This document shows, in pieces, positions 7,901 through 22,900 of a DNA stretch of 64,000 bases. How positions within the stretch are numbered: position 1 is the first letter of the stretch; every line of letters begins with the position of its first letter. Both the position numbers and the translations under genes were made by a program. The DNA is taken from assembly GCA_965243555.1 (NCBI GenBank), contig OZ251575.1, positions 3,269,007-3,333,006 on the forward strand, in the 5' to 3' direction. The stretch is from Spirochaetia bacterium. Its GTDB lineage: Bacteria > Spirochaetota > Spirochaetia > SZUA-6 > Bin103. The notes beneath the pieces are model-generated. The model was not told the origin of the DNA. It was given only the letters and a program-made list of their open reading frames with translations, and made no database searches.

Positions 7901-10900
7901 GCGCCCGCACCCGCTACGCCAACTACTACGCGTCGCCCTCGTCGCTCACCGGGCACCACCACGTGTTCAGCTACACCGTGCAGGGGGCCGACCGGGACGC
8001 CGACGGCATCGGCATCGGCGCCAGCGCCCTGGAGCTCAACGGCGGCAGCCTCGCGCAGTCGAGCGACGCCGGCGTCGCCGCCTCATTGGCGCTCGGCAGC
8101 TTTGCGGTCGCCGCGGCCGGCAGCCACAAGGTGGACGGCGGCGCCAACGCCGCGCCCGCGGTGCGCGCGGTCGGCATCCAGTCGCGGCCGGTGGCCGCCA
8201 GCGGCTACGCCGCCGGCGACGTGATCCGCCTCAGCGTCGGCTTTACGGAAGCGCTGACGGTGACCGGCGCGCCGCGCCTGGCCATCCGCATCGGCACCAC
8301 CACGCGGCAGGCAACCTTCGACCGGGCCGAGCTCAAGAGTCTGCACTTCCGCTACACGGTGCTGGTGTCCGACGACGACGCCAACGGCATCAGCATGGCC
8401 GCCGACGCTCTCACCCTGCCGGCCGGCGCCACGGTGCGGGACGCCCACGGCGCTGACGCCGCGCTCGGCCTGGGCACGCGCGCGTTGGCCAATCAGTTGG
8501 AACACAAGGTTCACACGCCGCCCAAGGTCACCGGGCTGTCCATCGTCTCCACGCCGCAGCAGGCCGGCACCTACACCCGCGGCGGCGTGTTCACCGCGCG
8601 GGTGAGTTACGATCAGGCGGTCACCGTGGCCGGCAGCCCCCGGCTCGCCCTCACCGTCGGCGGCCAGACCCGCGCCGCTACCGCCGCCGCCGGCAGCGGC
8701 AACGCCTACGTCGACTTCAGCTACACGGTGGCGGCTGGCGACACCGACGCCGACGGCCTCGGCATCACCGGCGCGGCGCTGACGTTGCCGACCGGCGCGA
8801 CCATCCGCGACGCCGGCGCCACCGACGCGGCGCTCGGCCTGAGCCGCTACGCCGCGACCCGCTACGCCGCCGCCAAGGTGGACGGCAGCCGCACCGGCCT
8901 GTGGCCGGACTTCGGCGTTGCCGCCGGCCCCGACCTTTCGATGCTCACCAACCGGGTGGTGAACTACGCGCTGCACTCGTCGTGCGGCCCGTTGCACGTC
9001 GGCTGCGCGCTGCCCACCTCCGCCACCGGCGACGCGCCGCTGGTCTACACGGTGTCGCCGGCGCTGCCGGCCGGCCTGTCACTCAGCCGCTCCACCGCGG
9101 TGCTGACCGGCGCCGCTACCGTAGCGGCGCCGTCTACCCGCCACACGCTCACGGTGACCGACGCCAACGGCGACACCGACGCCGTGACCTTTACCCTGGC
9201 GGTGGTGGGCGCCCGTCCCACGGTGCGCGGCGTGAGCTTCCTGTCCAGCCCGGCGGCGGACGGTACCTACGCCCGCAACGAGGAGATCCGGGTGGCGGTC
9301 CGCTTCCGGCGGCAAGGCGCCGCCGCCCTGGCGGTGACCGGAGCGCCCCGCCTGGCGCTGCAAGTGGGCGGCGCGGCGCGGCAGGCCGCCTACTACGGCG
9401 TGAGCGGCGACGAAGTGCGCTTCCGCTACACCGTGCAGGCCGCGGACCGCGACGCCGACGGCGTTGCCGTCGCCGCCGGCGCCCTGACCCTCAACGGCGG
9501 CGCCATCCGCGACGCCGCCGGCAACGCCGCGGTCCTCGGCCTGGGCCGCCACGCCCTTTCCGGCCAGGCGGCGCACAAGGTGGACGGCGGCGTGACCCGA
9601 GCGCCGAGCGTGGCCGGCGTGACCATCACCTCCCGCCCGGCCACCGGCGACACCTACAGCCGCGGCGAGACGGTCGAAGTGGCGGTGCGCTTCAGCCAGG
9701 GCGTGGGCGTGACCGGATCGCCGCGGCTCGCCTTGGGCATCGGCAGCGCCACCCGCCAGGCGGGCTACGACCGCGCCGGCGCCACCTCGGCCACGCAGTA
9801 CTTCCGCTACGTGGTGCGGCAGGCCGACGTGGACGCCGACGGGCTCAGCATCGGGAGCGGCGCGCTCACCCTCAACAACGGCGCCATCCGCAGCAACGCC
9901 GGCGCCAACGCGGCGCTCGCGCTGGGCAGCCACGCCATCACCAACGCCTCCAACGCCAAGGTGAACGGCGCCCTCAACTCGCCGGCGATCGTGACCGGCG
10001 TCGCCGTCACCTCGCGCCCGGCCACCGGCGACACCTTCCGCATCGGCGAGGAGATCCGCGTGCGGGTGACGTTCAGCAAGGCGGTGGTGGCGGCCCGGCG
10101 GACGTTCCGGCAGGGGAATCCGGGCTGGCCGCGGCTGGCGCTCACCGTCGGCAGCCACACCCGCCACGCCGCCCTGAAGGTGAGCACTCAGTACACCGAG
10201 CGGGCGCCGGCCAGCACTACCCTGGAGTTCGGCTACACGGTGCCGGCCGGCGACTACGACGGCGACGGCTTCGGCATCACGGACGGCGCGCTGGACGTGA
10301 ACCTGGGCGGCATCAGCCGCGGCGGCGTGGCGGCGACCCTCGGCCTCGGCAGCCACGCCGTCTCCGCCGCCGCGTACAAGGTGGACGGACGGCGGGCCGC
10401 CGTGTCGGGAGTGACCATCACGTCGCGGCCGAGCGCCGACAACACCTACGCCGCCGGCGAAGTGATCCGCGTGGCGGTCACGTTCAACCTGCCGATCCGC
10501 GTCACGGCCACGGCGCCCAACGTGCCGGCGCTCGGCCTGCTGGTCGGTTCCACCACGCGGCAGATGGCGTACGCCGGCGCCGGCGCCAACAGCATCGCCT
10601 TCAGCTACGCCGTGCAGGCGGCCGACCGCGACGCCGACGGAGTGAGCGTGGTGAGCCGCGGGCTGAGTCTGAACGGCGCCGTGATCGACACCGCGGCCAA
10701 CGGCAACCCGGCGGTGACCGGCCTCAGCGGTTTCTCCGTGCAGGGCGGCGCCGGCCACAAGGTGGACGGCTCCATCCGCCCGCCGGTGGTGCGATCGCTT
10801 TTGATCGGCGCGCCGCAGCGCGGATCGACCTTCGACCGCTACGAAGTGATCGGCATCAACGTCAAGTTCAGCCAGGGCGTGACGGTGACCGGCACGCCGC

Positions 10901-13900
10901 GCCTGTCCCTGGTCATCGGTTCCTCGACCAAGACGCTGGACCTGGCTTCCGCCTCCGGGTCCCAGCTCCGGTTCGAGTACGAGGTGCAGGCCGGCGACGC
11001 GGACGGCAACGGCGTCGACGTGCCGGCCAACTCGCTGGCGCTCAACGGCGGTACCATACGCAACCAATACGGCGTGAACGCGGCGCTCGGCCACGGGTCG
11101 ATACGGAACTACGTCACCAACGCCAGTACGCCGAACGTCAACGGCGCGGCGAACCATCCGCCGGTGGTGGTGAGCGCGGGGTTCGCCGGCCGGCCGGCGG
11201 GCGGCGTGTACGGCAAGGGCGACGCGATCGACGTGGTGGTCAACTGGGGCAAGCCGGTGACCGTTACCGGCACGCCGCAGCTTGCGCTCGACGTCGGCTC
11301 CGGCACCCGCCAAGCCGGGAGCCACAGCGGGAGCCAGCGCTATACCCGGTTCCGTTACGTCGTCGTGGCGGACGACCGCGACAGCGACGGCATCGGCTTC
11401 GGCAGCGGCGCGCTCACCCTCAACGGCGCCACCATCACCGGCCCCGGCGGCACCACCGCCAGCCTGACGCTGCCGGCCGTGGCCGCGGACGCCAATCGGC
11501 GGGTGGACGGACGGGTGTTGATGCAGCCGGCCTTTACCGGAACGGTGTCCGCGCGGACCTGGGTGGTCGGCTCCGCCGTCAGTTACGCGCTGCCCGCGGC
11601 CGTCGGCGCCCGCGGCGCCATCAGCTACGCGCTGCGGCCGGCGTTGCCCGACGGCCTGCAGTTCTCCGCCGCGTCGCGCACCATCTCCGGGACGCCGACC
11701 ACCGTAACCGCGCTGGCCACCTACACGCTGGAGGCGACCGACGGCGTGACCGGCGCCAAGGGCGCGCTCAGCTTTTCCATCGAGATCACGGCCAACGCCG
11801 CCCCGGTGTTCATACCCAACACCTTCGCCGCGCAGGTGTACGTCAAGGACGAGGCGATCTCCCCGGTGGCGCTGCCGGCCGCCACCGGCGGCAACGGCGC
11901 GCTGAGCTACGCGCTGACCGGGCCGGGCGCCGCCACCACCCTCACCCTGCCGGCCGGGGTGGCCTATACGGCGCCCACCGGCGCCAACACCGGCGGCACC
12001 ATCTCCGGCACCCCCACCGCGGTAGCGGCGCAGGCCAGCTACACGCTCACCGCCACCGACGCCGACGACGACCAGGCCACGCTCACCTTTACGCTGGAGG
12101 TGCAGGACGACGCGGCGCCTACCTTCGGCGCCGCCAGCGTGGCCAACCAGTCGTGGCGGCGGTACAAGGCGCTCACCGCGTTCACGCTGCCGGCCGCCAC
12201 CGGCGGCAACGGGCCCCTCACCTACACCCTCTCGCCCGCCCTGCCGGCGGGGGCGGCCAAGGACGCCAGCCACCGGATCAGCGGCGCGCCGACCGTAGCG
12301 ATGGACGCCACCACCTACACCTGGAGGGCTACGGACCGTGACGGCGACCGCGCGGAGATCACCTTTACCATCACCGTGGCGGACAACAGCCTGCCGGCAT
12401 TCACCGGCCTTGCGCCGACCAGCTACGCGTGGACGCGGTACAAGTCCGTCAGCGGCATTCTGCCGGTGGCGTTGGGCGGCGACCCGCCGTTGAGCTACGC
12501 GCTCTCGCCCGCGCTACCGGCCGGCGTGGCGCGCGCCGCCAGCCCGCGCGCCGGCGCGGAACCCGAGGAGCCGGTGGTGGACTCCCACAACCGCACGCTC
12601 GCCGGCGCGCCTACGGCGGCCATGACCAGGACGGCGTATGCCTGGACCGTCACCGACGCGGACGGCGACCGGGCGACGTGGAGCCTCGCCATCACGGTGT
12701 TGGACAACGGGCGGCCCGACTTCGGGGCGGCGACGATCCCGGACCAGTCGTGGACGCGGCGCAGGGCGATCACGGCGTTCACGTTGCCGGCCGCCACCGG
12801 GGGCGACGGGAGCGTCTCCTACGCCCTCTCGCCTGCATTGCCGTCCGGGGTGACCAAGGACGCCGGCCACCGGGTGAGCGGCGCGCCGGCGGCGGCGCTG
12901 GCGCAGACCGAGTACACCTGGACCGCCACCGACGGGGACGGCGACCAGGCGTCGCTGACGTTCGACGTGATCGTGGCGGACCGGCCGCAGGCGGCGCTGG
13001 TCCTGACGCCTTCGACCATCGCCGAGAGCGGGACCGGCAACGCGGCCACGGTGACGGCAACGCTGGACCGGGCGGTGAGCGCGGCCACCACGGTGACGGT
13101 GGCCGCCGCCGCGGGGACCAACGCCGAGGCCGGTGACTTCACCCTGAGCGCGAACAAGACGCTCACCATCGCGGCGGGTGACACCACCAGCACCGGCGCG
13201 GTGACGATCACGGCGGTGAACAACGCGGACGCCGAGCTCGACAAGTCGGTCACCGTGTCGGGCAGCGTGAGCAACCAGGACGTGGACGCCCCGGACGACG
13301 TGACCTTGACGATTACCGACGACGACCGCCCGTCCACGCCGACGCTGTTCATCGACGCGCCGAGCGTCACCGAGGGCGGGACGGGAGACGCGAATACGCT
13401 GGAGTGGACGGTGACGCTGCTGCCGGCGAGCACGCAACGGGTGCAGGTCGGCGTCGCCGTCAACTCGACCGGCACCGCGACCGTGGGGACGCTGCGGACG
13501 CGGGCGCAGAGGGGAGCCGATCACGGCTTTCCGCCGGAGCCGACGTTGGTGTTTGCGGCGGGGGTGACCACGCAGACCGTCCCCGTGACCGTGTACGGCG
13601 ACGCGACCCCGGAGCCGGACGAGACGGTGGTGATGGAGTTGAGCAACCCGTCCAACGCTTCGCTCGGCAACGCGACCGGAACCGGCACGATCCTGGATGA
13701 CGACGCGCCGGCGGTGACGCTGGCGGTGGCGGACAACGCGATCGCCGAGAACGGCGGCACCACGACGGTTACGGCGACGCTGAAACGGGCGTGGAGCGCG
13801 GCGACCACGGTGACGGTGACGGCGGTGGCGGGCGCTTACACGGTCGGCGCGGACGCCACGATCACGATTGCGGCGGGCGAGACGGCGAACGCGGCCGACA

Positions 13901-16900
13901 GCGTGACGATCACGGCGGTGGACGACGCCGTCGACAACGTCGGCGACCGGGCGGTGACGGTGACGGGAACCGCCACCGAATCGGCCCACGTGACCGGCGC
14001 GGCCCTGACGCTGACCGACGACGAGGCCACGCCGGAGGCGACGCTGGCGCTGAGCGACGCGACCATCGACGAGCACGACGGGACCAACCCCGGGTCGGCG
14101 ACGGTGACCGCAACGCTCAACCGTGCGTCGAGTGAGGCGGTAACGCTGACGGTCGCTGCGGCCGCAGGAACGAACGCGGCGGCGACGGACTTCACGTTGT
14201 CGAGCGCCAACACGTTGACGATCGCGGCGGGGGAGACGAGCAGCACCGGCACGGTGACGGTGACGGCCGTCGATAACACGGCGGACGCGCCGGACAAGCA
14301 GGTGACCGTCTCGGCGACGGTGAGCGGGAACAGCGGCGTTGCCACGCCAGCGGACGTGACGCTCACCATTGAGGACGACGAAGCGGCGCCGACGGTCGCC
14401 CTGGCGGTGGCGGACGCCTCAATCTCCGAGAACGGCGGCTCAACCACCGTGACCGCAACGCTGAGCCATGCGTCCAGTGCGGCGACCACGATCACCGTGA
14501 CGGCGGTGTCGGGGGCCTACACCGTGGGCTCGGACACGACCATCACGATCGCGGCGGGCGAGACGACAAACGCTTCGGACACGGTGACGGTGACGTCCGT
14601 GGACGACGCCATGGACAACGTGGGCGACCGCTCGACGACCGTGACGGGGACGGCGGCCAACGCGCAGGCTGCCGCCGAGTCGGCGACGGTGTCCGTAACC
14701 GGCGCGGCGCTTACCTTGACCGACGACGAAGCCACGCCGGAGGCGGCGCTTGCGTTGAGTCCGGCGACCATCGACGAGCACGACGGGACGAATACCGGGT
14801 CGGCGACGGTGACGGCCACGTTGAACCGTGCGTCCAGTGAGGCGGTCACGGTGACGGTCGGGGCGGCGGCGGGGACCAACGCGGCGTCGGGCGACTTCAG
14901 TCTGTCGAGAGCGAAGACGCTCACCATCGTCGCGGGGGACACGAGCAGCACCGGCACGGTGACGGTGACGGCGGTCGACAACACGGCGGACGCGCCGGAC
15001 AAGGAAGTGACGGTTTCGGCGGTGGTGAGCGGGAACAGCGGCGTGGCCGCCCCGTCCGCCGTGACCCTGACCATTGAGGACGACGAGGCGGCGCCGACGG
15101 TCGCGCTGGCGGTGGCGGACTCCTCGATCTCCGAGAACGGCGGCACGACGACCGTGACCGCGACCTTGAGCCATGCATCGAGCGCCGCGACGACGATCAC
15201 CGTGCAGCCGGTGTCGGGGGCCTACACGGTGGGCGCGGACGCCACGATCACGATAGCCGCCGGCGCGACCTCGAACGCCGCGGACACGGCGACGATCACG
15301 GCGGTGGATGACGCGACTGACAACGTAGGCAACCGCTCAGCGACGGTCACCGGGACGGCGCAGAATAGTCACGACGTGGGCGCGGTGACCGGGGCGGCGT
15401 TGACGCTGACCGACGACGAAACTACGCCGACGGCGACGCTGGCGCTGAGCGACGCGACGATCGACGAGTACGACGGGACCAACCCCGGGTCGGCGACGGT
15501 GACTGCCACGCTGAACCGCGCGTCTACGGAGGCGGTGACCCTGACGGTCGCCGCGGCCGCAGGGACGAACGCGGCATCGGGCGACTTCAGCTTGTCGAGC
15601 GCAGAGACGCTCACGATCGCGGCAGGGGACACGAGCAGCACCGGCACGGTGACCGTGACGTCGGTCGACAACACGGTCGACGCGCCGGACAAGCAGGTGA
15701 CCGTCTCGGCAACGGTGAGCGGGAACAGCGGCGTGGCTGACCCGGCGAGCGTGACGCTGACGATCGAAGATGACGAAGCTGCGCCGACGGTCGCGTTGGC
15801 GCTGGCGGACTCCTCAATCTCCGAGAACGGCGGTACCACGACGGTGACCGCAACGCTGAGCCATGCTTCAAGCGCAGCCACGACGATCACCGTGCAGCCG
15901 GAGGCCGGCGCCTACACGGTGGGCGCGGACGCCACGATCACGATTGCCGCCGGCGAGACCTCGAACGCCCCGGACACGGCGACGATCACGGCGGTAGACG
16001 ACGCGATCGACAACGTGGCGAACCGCACGGCGACGGTGACGGGGACGGCGGCCAACGCGCAGGCTGCCGCCGAGTCGGCGACGGTGTCCGTAACCGGCGC
16101 GGCGCTTACCTTGACCGACGACGAGGGGGCGCCGACGGCGACTCTGGCGCTGAGCGATGCGACGATCGACGAACACGACGGGACCAACCCGGGATCGGCG
16201 ACGGTGACCGCCACGCTGAACCGCGCGTCTACGGAAGCGGTAACGCTGACGGTAGCCACCACCGCGGGAACGAACGCGGTCGCGTCAGACTTCAGTCTGT
16301 CGAGCGCGAAGACGCTCACCATCGCGGCTGGGGACACCAGCAGCACCGGCACGGTGACGGTGACCGCGGTCGACAACACGGCGGACGCGCCCGACAAGCA
16401 GGTGACCGTCTCGGCAACGGTGAGCGGCAACAGCGGCGTGGCGGACCCGGCGAGCGTGACGCTGACGATCGAGGACGACGAAGCGGCGCCGACGGTCGCA
16501 CTGGCGCTGGCGGACTCCTCAATTTCCGAGAACGGCGGCTCAACCACCGTGACCGCAACGCTGAGCCATCCGTCGAGCGCCGCGACGACGATCACCGTGC
16601 AGCCGGAGGCCGGCGCTTACACCGTGGGGGCGGACGCGACGATCACGATTGCTGCCGGCGAGACCTCGAATGCCGCGGACACGGCGACGATCACGGCGGT
16701 GGATGACGCGACTGACAACGTAGTTAACCGCTCAGCGACGGTCACCGGGACCGCGCAGAACAGTCACGACGTGGGCGCGGTGACCGGAGCGGCGTTGACG
16801 CTGACCGACGACGAAACTACGCCGACGGCGACGCTGGCGCTGAGCGATGCGACGATCGACGAGCACGACGGGACCAACCCCGGGTCGGCGACGGTGACCG

Positions 16901-19900
16901 CGACGCTGAACCGAGCATCAAGCGAGGCGGTGACACTGACCGTGGCCGTAGCGGCCGGAACCAATGCGGCGGCGACCGACTACAACCTGTCGAGCGCGAA
17001 GACGCTCACGATCGCGGCGGGGGACACGAGCAGCACCGGCACGGTGACGGTGACGGCGGTTAACAACACGGTGGACGCGCCGGACAAGCAGGTGACCGTC
17101 TCGGCAACGGCAAGCGGGAACAGCGGCGTGGCTGACCCGTCGAGCGTGACCCTGACAATTGAGGACGACGAAGCCGCGCCGACGGTCACCCTGGCGGTGG
17201 CGGACGCCTCGATCTCCGAGAACGGCGGCGCGACGACGGTGACGGCCACGCTGAGCCATGCGTCAAGCGCAGCCACGACGGTGACGGTGACGGCCGTAGC
17301 CGGCGCCTACACGGTGGGCGCGGACGCGACGATCACGATTGCAGCGGGCGAGACGACGAACGCGACCGACAGCGTGACGATCACGGCGGTGAACGACGCC
17401 GTAGACAACGTGGGCGACCGGGCCGTGACGGTGACGGGAACGGCGGCCAACGCGCAGGCTGCCGCCGAGTCGCAGACGGTGACCGTGACCGGCGTGGCGC
17501 TGACGTTGACCGACGACGAGACCACGCCGACGGCGACGCTGGCGCTGAGCGATGCGACGATCGACGAACACGACGGGACGAATCCGGGGGCAAGCACGGT
17601 CACGGCGACGCTGAATCGTGCGTCGACTGAGGCGGTGACGCTGACCGTGGCGGCGACGGCCGGGACGAACGCGGCGTCGGGAGACTTCAGCCTGTCGAGC
17701 GCGAAGACGCTCACCATCGCCGCCGGGGACACGACCAGCACCGGCACGGTGACGGTGACGGCGGTCGACAACACGGTCGACGCGCCGGACAAGCAGGTGA
17801 CCGTCTCGGCAACGGTGAGCGGGAACAGCGGCGTGGCCGCCCCGGCGAGCGTCACGCTGACGATCGAAGATGACGAAGCCGCGCCGACGGTCGCCCTGGC
17901 GGTGGCGGACGCCGCAATCTCCGAGAACGGCGGCACGAGCACGGTGACGGCCACGCTGAGCCACGCGTCAAGCGCGGCCACCACGGTCACCGTGCAGCCG
18001 GAGGCCGGCGCCTACACAGTGGGCGCGGACGCGACGATCACGATTGCCGCTGGCGAGACATCGAACGCGACCGACAGCGTGACGATCACGGCCGTCGACG
18101 ACTCGATCGACAACGTGGCCAACCGCTCGACGACGGTGAGCGGGACGGCGCAGAACAGCCACGACGTGGGTACGGTCACGGGCGCGAGCCTCACTTTGAC
18201 CGACGACGAGGGAGCGCCGACGGCGACGCTGGCGCTGAGCGATGCGACAATCGACGAACACGACGGGACCAACCCCGGGTCGGCTACGGTGACGGCGACG
18301 CTGAACCGGGCCTCGACCGAGGCGGTAACGCTGACCGTGGCCGCGTCCGCTGGGACGAACGCGGCGTCGGGCGACTTCAGTCTGTCGAGTGCGAAGACGC
18401 TCACCATCGTCGCGGGGGACACGAGCAGCACCGGCACGGTGACGGTGACGGCGGTAGACAACACGGCGGACGCGCCGGACAAGGAAGTGACGGTTTCGGC
18501 GGTGGTGAGCGGGAACAGCGGCGTGGCCGCCCCGTCCGCCGTGACCCTGACCATCAAGGACGACGAAGCGGCGCCGACGGTTGTGTTGGCGGTCGCGGAC
18601 GCCATGATCTCCGAGAACGGCGGCTCAACCACTGTGACCGCAACGCTGAGCCATGCGTCGAGCGCCGCGACGACGATCACCGTGCAGCCGGTGTCGGGGG
18701 CCTACACGGTGGGCGCGGACGCCACGATCACGATAGCCGCCGGCGCGACCTCGAACGCCGCGGACACGGCGACGATCACGGCGGTGGATGACGCGACTGA
18801 CAACGTAGGCAACCGCTCAGCGACGGTCACCGGGACGGCGCAGAACAGTCACGACGTGGGCGCGGTGACCGGGGCGGCGTTGACGCTGACCGACGACGAG
18901 ACTACGCCGACGGCGACGCTGGCGCTGAGCGACGCGACGATCGACGAGCACGACGGGACGAACGCGGGGTCGGCGACGGTGACCGCGACGCTGAACCGGG
19001 CGTCGAGCGAGGCGGTAACGCTGACCGTGGCGGCGGCAGGGACGAACGCGGCGTCGGGCGACTTCAGTCTGTCCACCACAAAGACGCTCACGATTGCGGC
19101 GGGGAACACGAGCAGCACCGGCACGGTGACGGTGACCGCAGTCGATAACACGGTGGACGCGCCCGACAAGCAGGTGACGGTCTCGGCAGCCGTGAGCGGG
19201 AACAGCGGCGTGGCCGACCCTTCGAGCGTCACGCTGACGATCGAGGATGACGAAGCTACGCCGACGGTCGCTCTGGCGGTAGCGGACAGCGCGATCTCCG
19301 AGAACGGCGGCACGACGACGGTGACCGCAACGCTGAGCCATGCGTCCAGCGCCGCGACGACGATCACCGTGCAGCCGGAGGCCGGCGCTTACACGGTGGG
19401 CGCGGACGCGACGATCACGATAGCCGCCGGCGAGACCTCGAACGCCGCGGACACGGCGACGATCACGGCGGTAGATGACGCGACTGACAACGTAGTCAAC
19501 CGCTCAGCGACGGTCACCGCGACGGCGCAGAACAGTCACGACGTGGGCGCGGTGACCGGAGCGGCGTTGACGCTGACCGACGACGAAGCTACGCCGACGG
19601 CGACGCTGGCGCTAAGTCCGGCGACGATCGATGAACACGACGGGACGAATCCGGGTTCGAGCACGGTGACGGCGACGCTGAACCGCGCTTCCAGTGAGGC
19701 GGTGACGCTGACCGTGGCGGCGGCCGCCGGGACCAACGCGGCGTCGGGCGACTTCAGTCTGTCGTCCGCACAGACGCTCACCATCGCGGCGGGGGACACG
19801 AGCAGCACCGGGACCGTGACCGTGACCGCAGTCGACAACACGGTTGACGCGCCCGACAAGCAAGTGACCGTCTCGGCAACGGTGAGCGGCGACAGCGGCG

Positions 19901-22900
19901 TTGCCACTCCGTCGAGCGTGACCCTCACCATCGAGGACGACGAAGCGGCGCCGAAGGTGACGCTGGTTCTGTCCCCGTCGTCCATTTCGGAGGACGGCGG
20001 CCAGGCGACGGTAACGGCGACGCTCTCGCACGCATCGAGCGCGGCGACCACGGTAACGGTGGCGGCCGCGGCGGGGGCGCACACGGCGGCGGCGGACTTC
20101 AGCTTGAGCGCGAACAAGGTGCTGGCCATCGCGGCGGGGACGACGACGAGCACCGGCGCGGTGACGATTTCGGCGGTGGACGACGACGATGACGCCCCCA
20201 ACGACAAGACGGTGAGCGTGTCGGCGACGGCGGCCAACAGCCACGGCGCCGGTAACCCGAACGCGGTGATCCTGACGATCACGGACGACGACGTGGACCT
20301 GAAGCCGACGTTTGGCGGCGCGCAGGTCGCCAGCCGGCTGTGGCTGACCGCCACCGTGATTCCGCGCCTGGTGCTGCCGCGGGCGACGGGCGGAGATGGG
20401 ACGCTCACCTACACGTTGTCGCCGGCGTTGCCTTCGTGGCTGTCGCGGAACGGGTTCCTGGTGACGGGCACGACGCCGGGCGATCCGACGAGCCAGGTGG
20501 AATACACCTGGAAGGTGGAGGACGAGGACGGGGACGAGGACTCGGTGAAGTTCCTGGCGGCGGTGATTCGTCCGGGCGACCCGCCTCTGCTGGTCAACCC
20601 GCCGGGGATCGTCGTGAACACGGGAGATCTGCCGGCACTGGCGCTGTCGTCGCCGCGGGTGACGGAGGGGGCGTCGGGGACGACGTCGGCGCTGACGTGG
20701 ACGGTGACGTTGAGCAAGGCGAGCACCGCGCAGGTGACGGTGAAGTACGCGGACGCGGGTACGGGGACGGCGGCCTCCGGGACCGACTACGCGGCGCTCA
20801 GTGGCGGGACGTTGACGTTTGCGCCCGGTGAGACGAGCAAGACGGTGACGGTGACGGTGACCGGTGACGGAGTGGACGAACCGAACGAGACGGTGAAGGT
20901 GTCGCTGAGCGAGCCGGTGAACGCGAGACTCCCGGTGAGCGCCGCGACGGGGACGGGAACGATCGAGGACGACGATGCGGCCCCGGCGGTGACGCTGGCG
21001 GTGGCGGACAGCGCGATTTCCGAGAACGGCGGCACGACGACGGTGACCGCGACGTTGAGCCATGCATCGAGCGCGGCGACCGCGATCACCGTGACGGCGG
21101 TGTCGGGGGCCTACACGGTGGGGGCGGACGCAACGATCACGATTGCGGCGGGCGAGACGACGAACGCTACGGACACGGCGACGGTGACGGCGGTGAACGA
21201 CGCCATCGACAACGTGGGCAACCGGGCCGTGACGGTGACGGGGACGGCGGCCAACGCGCAGGCTGCCGCCGATTCGGCGACGGTGTCGGTGACCGGCGCG
21301 GCGCTGACACTGACCGACGACGAAGCCACGCCGGAGGTGACCCTGGCGTTGAGCCCGGCGGCGATCGACGAGCACGACGGGACCAACCCCGGGTCGGCGA
21401 CGGTGACGGCGACGTTGAACCGGGCGTCCAGTGAGGCGGTAACGCTGACGGTAGCCGCCGCCGCGGGAACGAACGCGGCGGCGGGCGACTTCAGCCTGTC
21501 GAGCGCGAAGACGCTCACCATCGCCGCCGGGGACACGAGCAGCACCGGCACGGTAACGGTGACTGCGGTCGACAACACGGTGGACGCCCCGGACAAGGAA
21601 GTGACCGTCTCGGCAACGGTGAGCGGGAACAGCGGCGTGGCCGCCCCGTCCGCCGTGACCCTGACCATCGAGGACGACGACGCGGCGCCGGCGGTGACGC
21701 TGGTGGTGGCGGACAGCGCGATCTCCGAGAACGGCGGTACGACCACGGTAACGGCCACGCTGAGCCACGCGTCGAGCGCGGCGACCACGATCACCGTGAC
21801 GGCGGTGTCGGGGGCCTACACGGTGGGGGCGGACGCGACGATCGCGATTGCGGCGGGCGCAACGTCAAACGCGGCGGACACGGTCACGATCACGGCGGTC
21901 AACGACGCCATCGACAACGTGGTCAACCGCTCGACGACGGTGACGGGCACGGCGGCCAACGCCCAGGCTGCAGCCGAATCGCAGACGGTGGCGGTGACCG
22001 GCGCGGCGCTGACTTTGACCGACGACGAGGGAGCGCCGACGGCGACGCTGGCGCTGAGCGATGCGGCGATTGACGAGCACGACGGGACGAATCCTGGGGC
22101 GAGTACGGTGACGGCGACGTTGAACCGTGCCTCGACCGAGGCGGTGACCCTGACCGTGGAGGCGACGGCCGGGACGAACGCGGCGTCGGGCGACTTCAGT
22201 CTGTCGAGCGCGAAGACGCTCACCATCGCGGCAGGAGACACGAGCAGCACCGGCACGGTGACGGTGACCGCGGTCGATAACACGGTGGATGGGCCGGACA
22301 AGCAGGTGACCGTCTCGGCAACGGTGAGCGGGAACAGCGGGGTGGCCGCCCCGTCCGCCGTGACCCTGACCATCGAGGACGACGAAGACGCGCCGACGGT
22401 CACCCTGGCGGTGGCGGACAGCGCGATCTCCGAGAACGGCGGCACGACGACGGTGACCGCGACCTTGAGCCATGCATCGAGCGCGGCGACCACGAGCACC
22501 GTGACGGCGGTGTCGGGGGCCTACACGGTGGGCTCGGACGCGACGATCACGATTGCGGCGGGCGAAACGTCGAATGCGGCGGACAGCGTGACGATCGCGG
22601 CGGTAGACGACGCGATCGACAACGTGGGCGACCGGACGGTGACCGTGACCGGAACGGCGCAGAACGAGCACGACGTTGGAGAGGTGACAGGAGCGACTCT
22701 GACCCTCACCGACGACGAGGGAGCGCCGGAGGTGACGTTGGCGCTGAGCCCGGCGGCGATCGACGAACACGACGGGACGAATCCTGGGGCGAGTACGGTG
22801 ACGGCGACGTTGAACCGTGCCTCGACCGAGGCGGTAACGCTGACGGTGGCGGCAGCGGCCGGGACCAACACGGTGGCCGCCGACTTCGCGCTGTCGGACA